DNA of 36,803 bases from Raillietiella orientalis. Lineage: Eukaryota. This document shows positions 34,921-36,803 of this stretch, piece after piece (the first letter of the stretch is position 1; every line of letters starts with the position of its first letter). The position numbers and the translations under genes are program-made. The notes beneath the pieces were generated by a model. That model did not search any database and had not been told where the DNA came from. It was given only the letters and a program-made list of their open reading frames with translations. Location: contig JAYWIR010000072.1 in NCBI GenBank assembly GCA_036172245.1, positions 372,001-408,803 of the forward strand, read 5' to 3'.

Positions 34921-36755
34921 ATGGCAGCGTTGCCAGAGGACACCGCGATGGAAGTAGGCGTGATGGAGGATTGTTCGTCCCCACAGCCTACTGGATCAGG
35001 GGCATCCGCCCCGGAATCGTCCCCGGCGACGCCGAGGTCCTGGAGCGCCATGGTGGCCGCGCCTAGCGTGGAAGCCATGGCCGAGATGGAAGCCTACAAG
35101 AAAGCGGGGTATAAACCCTCGCTAGTCTACAAGGTAGGCAACCTTTTCGATGGGCGAACTGCACGCGCCTTTACGAAGGCGCTGCAGAACGCCAATATTT
35201 TTGAAAAAGATCTCGACGGCCTCTGCGTCCTCAGCGGCGGGCAGCGGGTCGAGGTGGTAAGCAAGGATATCACCTTGGCCCGACACCTGATCACCGACCC
35301 GCTGATCGTTGATGGTCGGAAGATCTTGCCGATAACGATGGACCGCTCGGTGGTGGTCCATCTCACTGGGATCTCAAGTCGCATGACGAGGTCAGCGGTT
35401 CGAGAACAGCTTCAAAAGCACGGAGAAGTGCACGCGTTGTTGCCGAAGTCCACGATTTTCCAAGGCTACAATAGCCTTTTCGGAGGTCAAGCTGCGGCGC
35501 GTATCACGGTAAAAGAGGGTGGTGCGCTTCCCTATAAGCTGGAGGTCTGCCAAGAAGCGGTGGACCTCTGGTACGTGGGAAAACGCCAATTTTGTGGCTA
35601 CTGCAATGCAGTAGGGCATCTACGAAAAAAGTGCCCGAACATTGTGTGCCACCTATGCGGCGAAAAGGGTCACGTTCGGCGCGTGTGCCCCAAGCGCCCC
35701 ACTTCGGTGCCCCCTGCCGCCAAAAAGGCGCAGGGAAAACGTGGAAAGCTGGTAGAAAGACCAGCTCGCGAAAATGGCCGTTCCCAACTTCCAGCCTCCC
35801 TTCCTCCCGTACAGACGTCGGAGGAAATAGCTCCCGTGAACGCGGGAATGGAGGGTTGGCAGCTGGTTCAGGCCAGAAAAGAGAAAAAAAAGAAAGTGAT
35901 GATAGAAGAAAATTCGGTAAAGAAAACTGCCGGCAACAAGAAAAAAGCCGCGCCGCTTTCAAAAAAAAACTCCGCGAATGCTCGGTGGCACTGGAACGCT
36001 TAGCCGTTCCTGCCAAGTCCGCCCGCGGCAATGTTCGCGGAACAGCTGATGCGGACGCGATGAATACTCGCGTGGACGAGCCCAATCTACGTGTAGAGGG
36101 TGAGACGCGAGACTCGCGCGCCGACAGCCAGGACGCCGCGCTCGATAAAGTCGCGGAGGAGCCCGCGGCAAAGTTCGCCGTCAACGATGACGCCGCGCTC
36201 GATACGGTCGCGGAGCAGCCCGCGGCAACGGTCGCCGCTGGCGAGGACGCGGCCTTCGAGAAAGCGGCTGAGGAGCTCGCAGCAACGCTCGCCGAGCGCG
36301 AAACCCCGTCGCGCAAGGGCGTACGCAGGTCGGCTCCGACGAAGAAGGCCCCCGCAGGTGAGTGCGACCTGGGGGCCGGAAGCGGATCCTCCTCCTCGGA
36401 GGCACCCCCCAGGAAGTCGGGACGCAAGTCCCAGAAACCCAGGAGGCGCCTCCCCTCCACCAGCGAGGAGGAGAAACCGGAAGGAAGCGGCAGCGTGAGA
36501 ATCCCGGAGGGGGAATACCCACGCCCGGAAGCCGTCGAGTCGGCCACCCCCATGGAGGAGGGAGAGCAGGGGGGTTAAGTCCTCCCTGCAGTCGCGAAAC
36601 CTGAGCAGCCCGAACCCATGGAGGAAGGCGAACAGGTAGGCGCGACTCCACGTGCGGGTGATCCGGCCGACGCGCCGGCACCGATGGAGGAGGAGGAAAA
36701 GGTGCCTTCAGTACCTGTCCCCCCTCCCCCTCCACCTAGCGTCCCGCCCCAGTAG
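34921..36755 (+). pseudogene. H ORF1 with two CCHC knuckles; frameshift in an A-rich tract and a probable premature stop
   Basis: YKVGNL, DRSVVVHL and VDLWYVGK shared with B1 ORF1; CGYCNAVGHLRKKC, CHLCGEKGHVRRVC; homology continues in the 35592..36578 frame (RECSVALERL); 3' end uncertain. Confidence 0.8.
36132..36302 (+). repeat. 57-bp tandem repeat x3 in H ORF1 (19-aa unit)
   Basis: Units start at 36132, 36189 and 36246: DAALDKVAEEPAAKFAVND / DAALDTVAEQPAATVAAGE / DAAFEKAAEELAATLAERE. Confidence 0.85.
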
Positions 36756-36803
36756 GTGGCGGACGCCGCATCGCCGTTTTCCCTGGACTAACACCTGGGC
36801 TCG

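Larger units (their letters stand above)
34823..36803 (+). mobile_element. Non-LTR retrotransposon copy H, 5' end and ORF1; continues beyond the window
   Basis: 5' motif AGAGCGGACGTGCTT at 34828-34842 directly abutting G; ORF1 of the B type; exact 5' junction uncertain by a few nt. Confidence 0.88.

Noticed and set aside
35877..35970. Possible programmed frameshift in the A-rich tract of H ORF1
   Set aside because: The related B1 ORF1 is continuous through this region; a homopolymer indel (mutation or sequencing error) is simpler
39..36735. Numerous 60-350 aa antisense or alternate-frame ORFs
   Set aside because: Expected shadow ORFs in GC-rich coding sequence; no recognisable motifs

Overview
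The whole window is a nested cluster of eukaryotic non-LTR retrotransposons of the L1/Tx1 type. Each has ORF1 with two CCHC zinc knuckles and ORF2 with an APE endonuclease (EN), reverse transcriptase (RT) and C-terminal CCHC finger. I see no host gene or unique spacer DNA. Nine copies are present, labelled here A1, A2, B1, B2, C, D, E, G and H. They fall into six ORF2-defined families (A, B, C, D, E, G) plus H, of which only ORF1 is visible. All copies carry stops or frameshifts. Target-site duplications (TSDs) and split reading frames give the nesting: G(-) contains H(+) and B2(+); B2 contains E(+); E contains A1/A2(+) and B1(-); B1 contains C(+); C contains D(-). Main observations: (1) both B copies sit antisense at the same nucleotide of the RT DLHKAFD motif in two different host families, and both A copies sit at the EN GDFN motif, suggesting elements that target conserved codons of their relatives; (2) the elements lack poly(A) tails and end in AATAAAC plus a stem-loop, preceded by a conserved CTGCGW hexaloop on unrelated stems; (3) there is a shared 15-nt 5'-terminal motif; (4) ORF1 and ORF2 overlap as TAATG/TGATG; (5) the endonuclease is unusually compact. 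All alignments and folds were done by eye.
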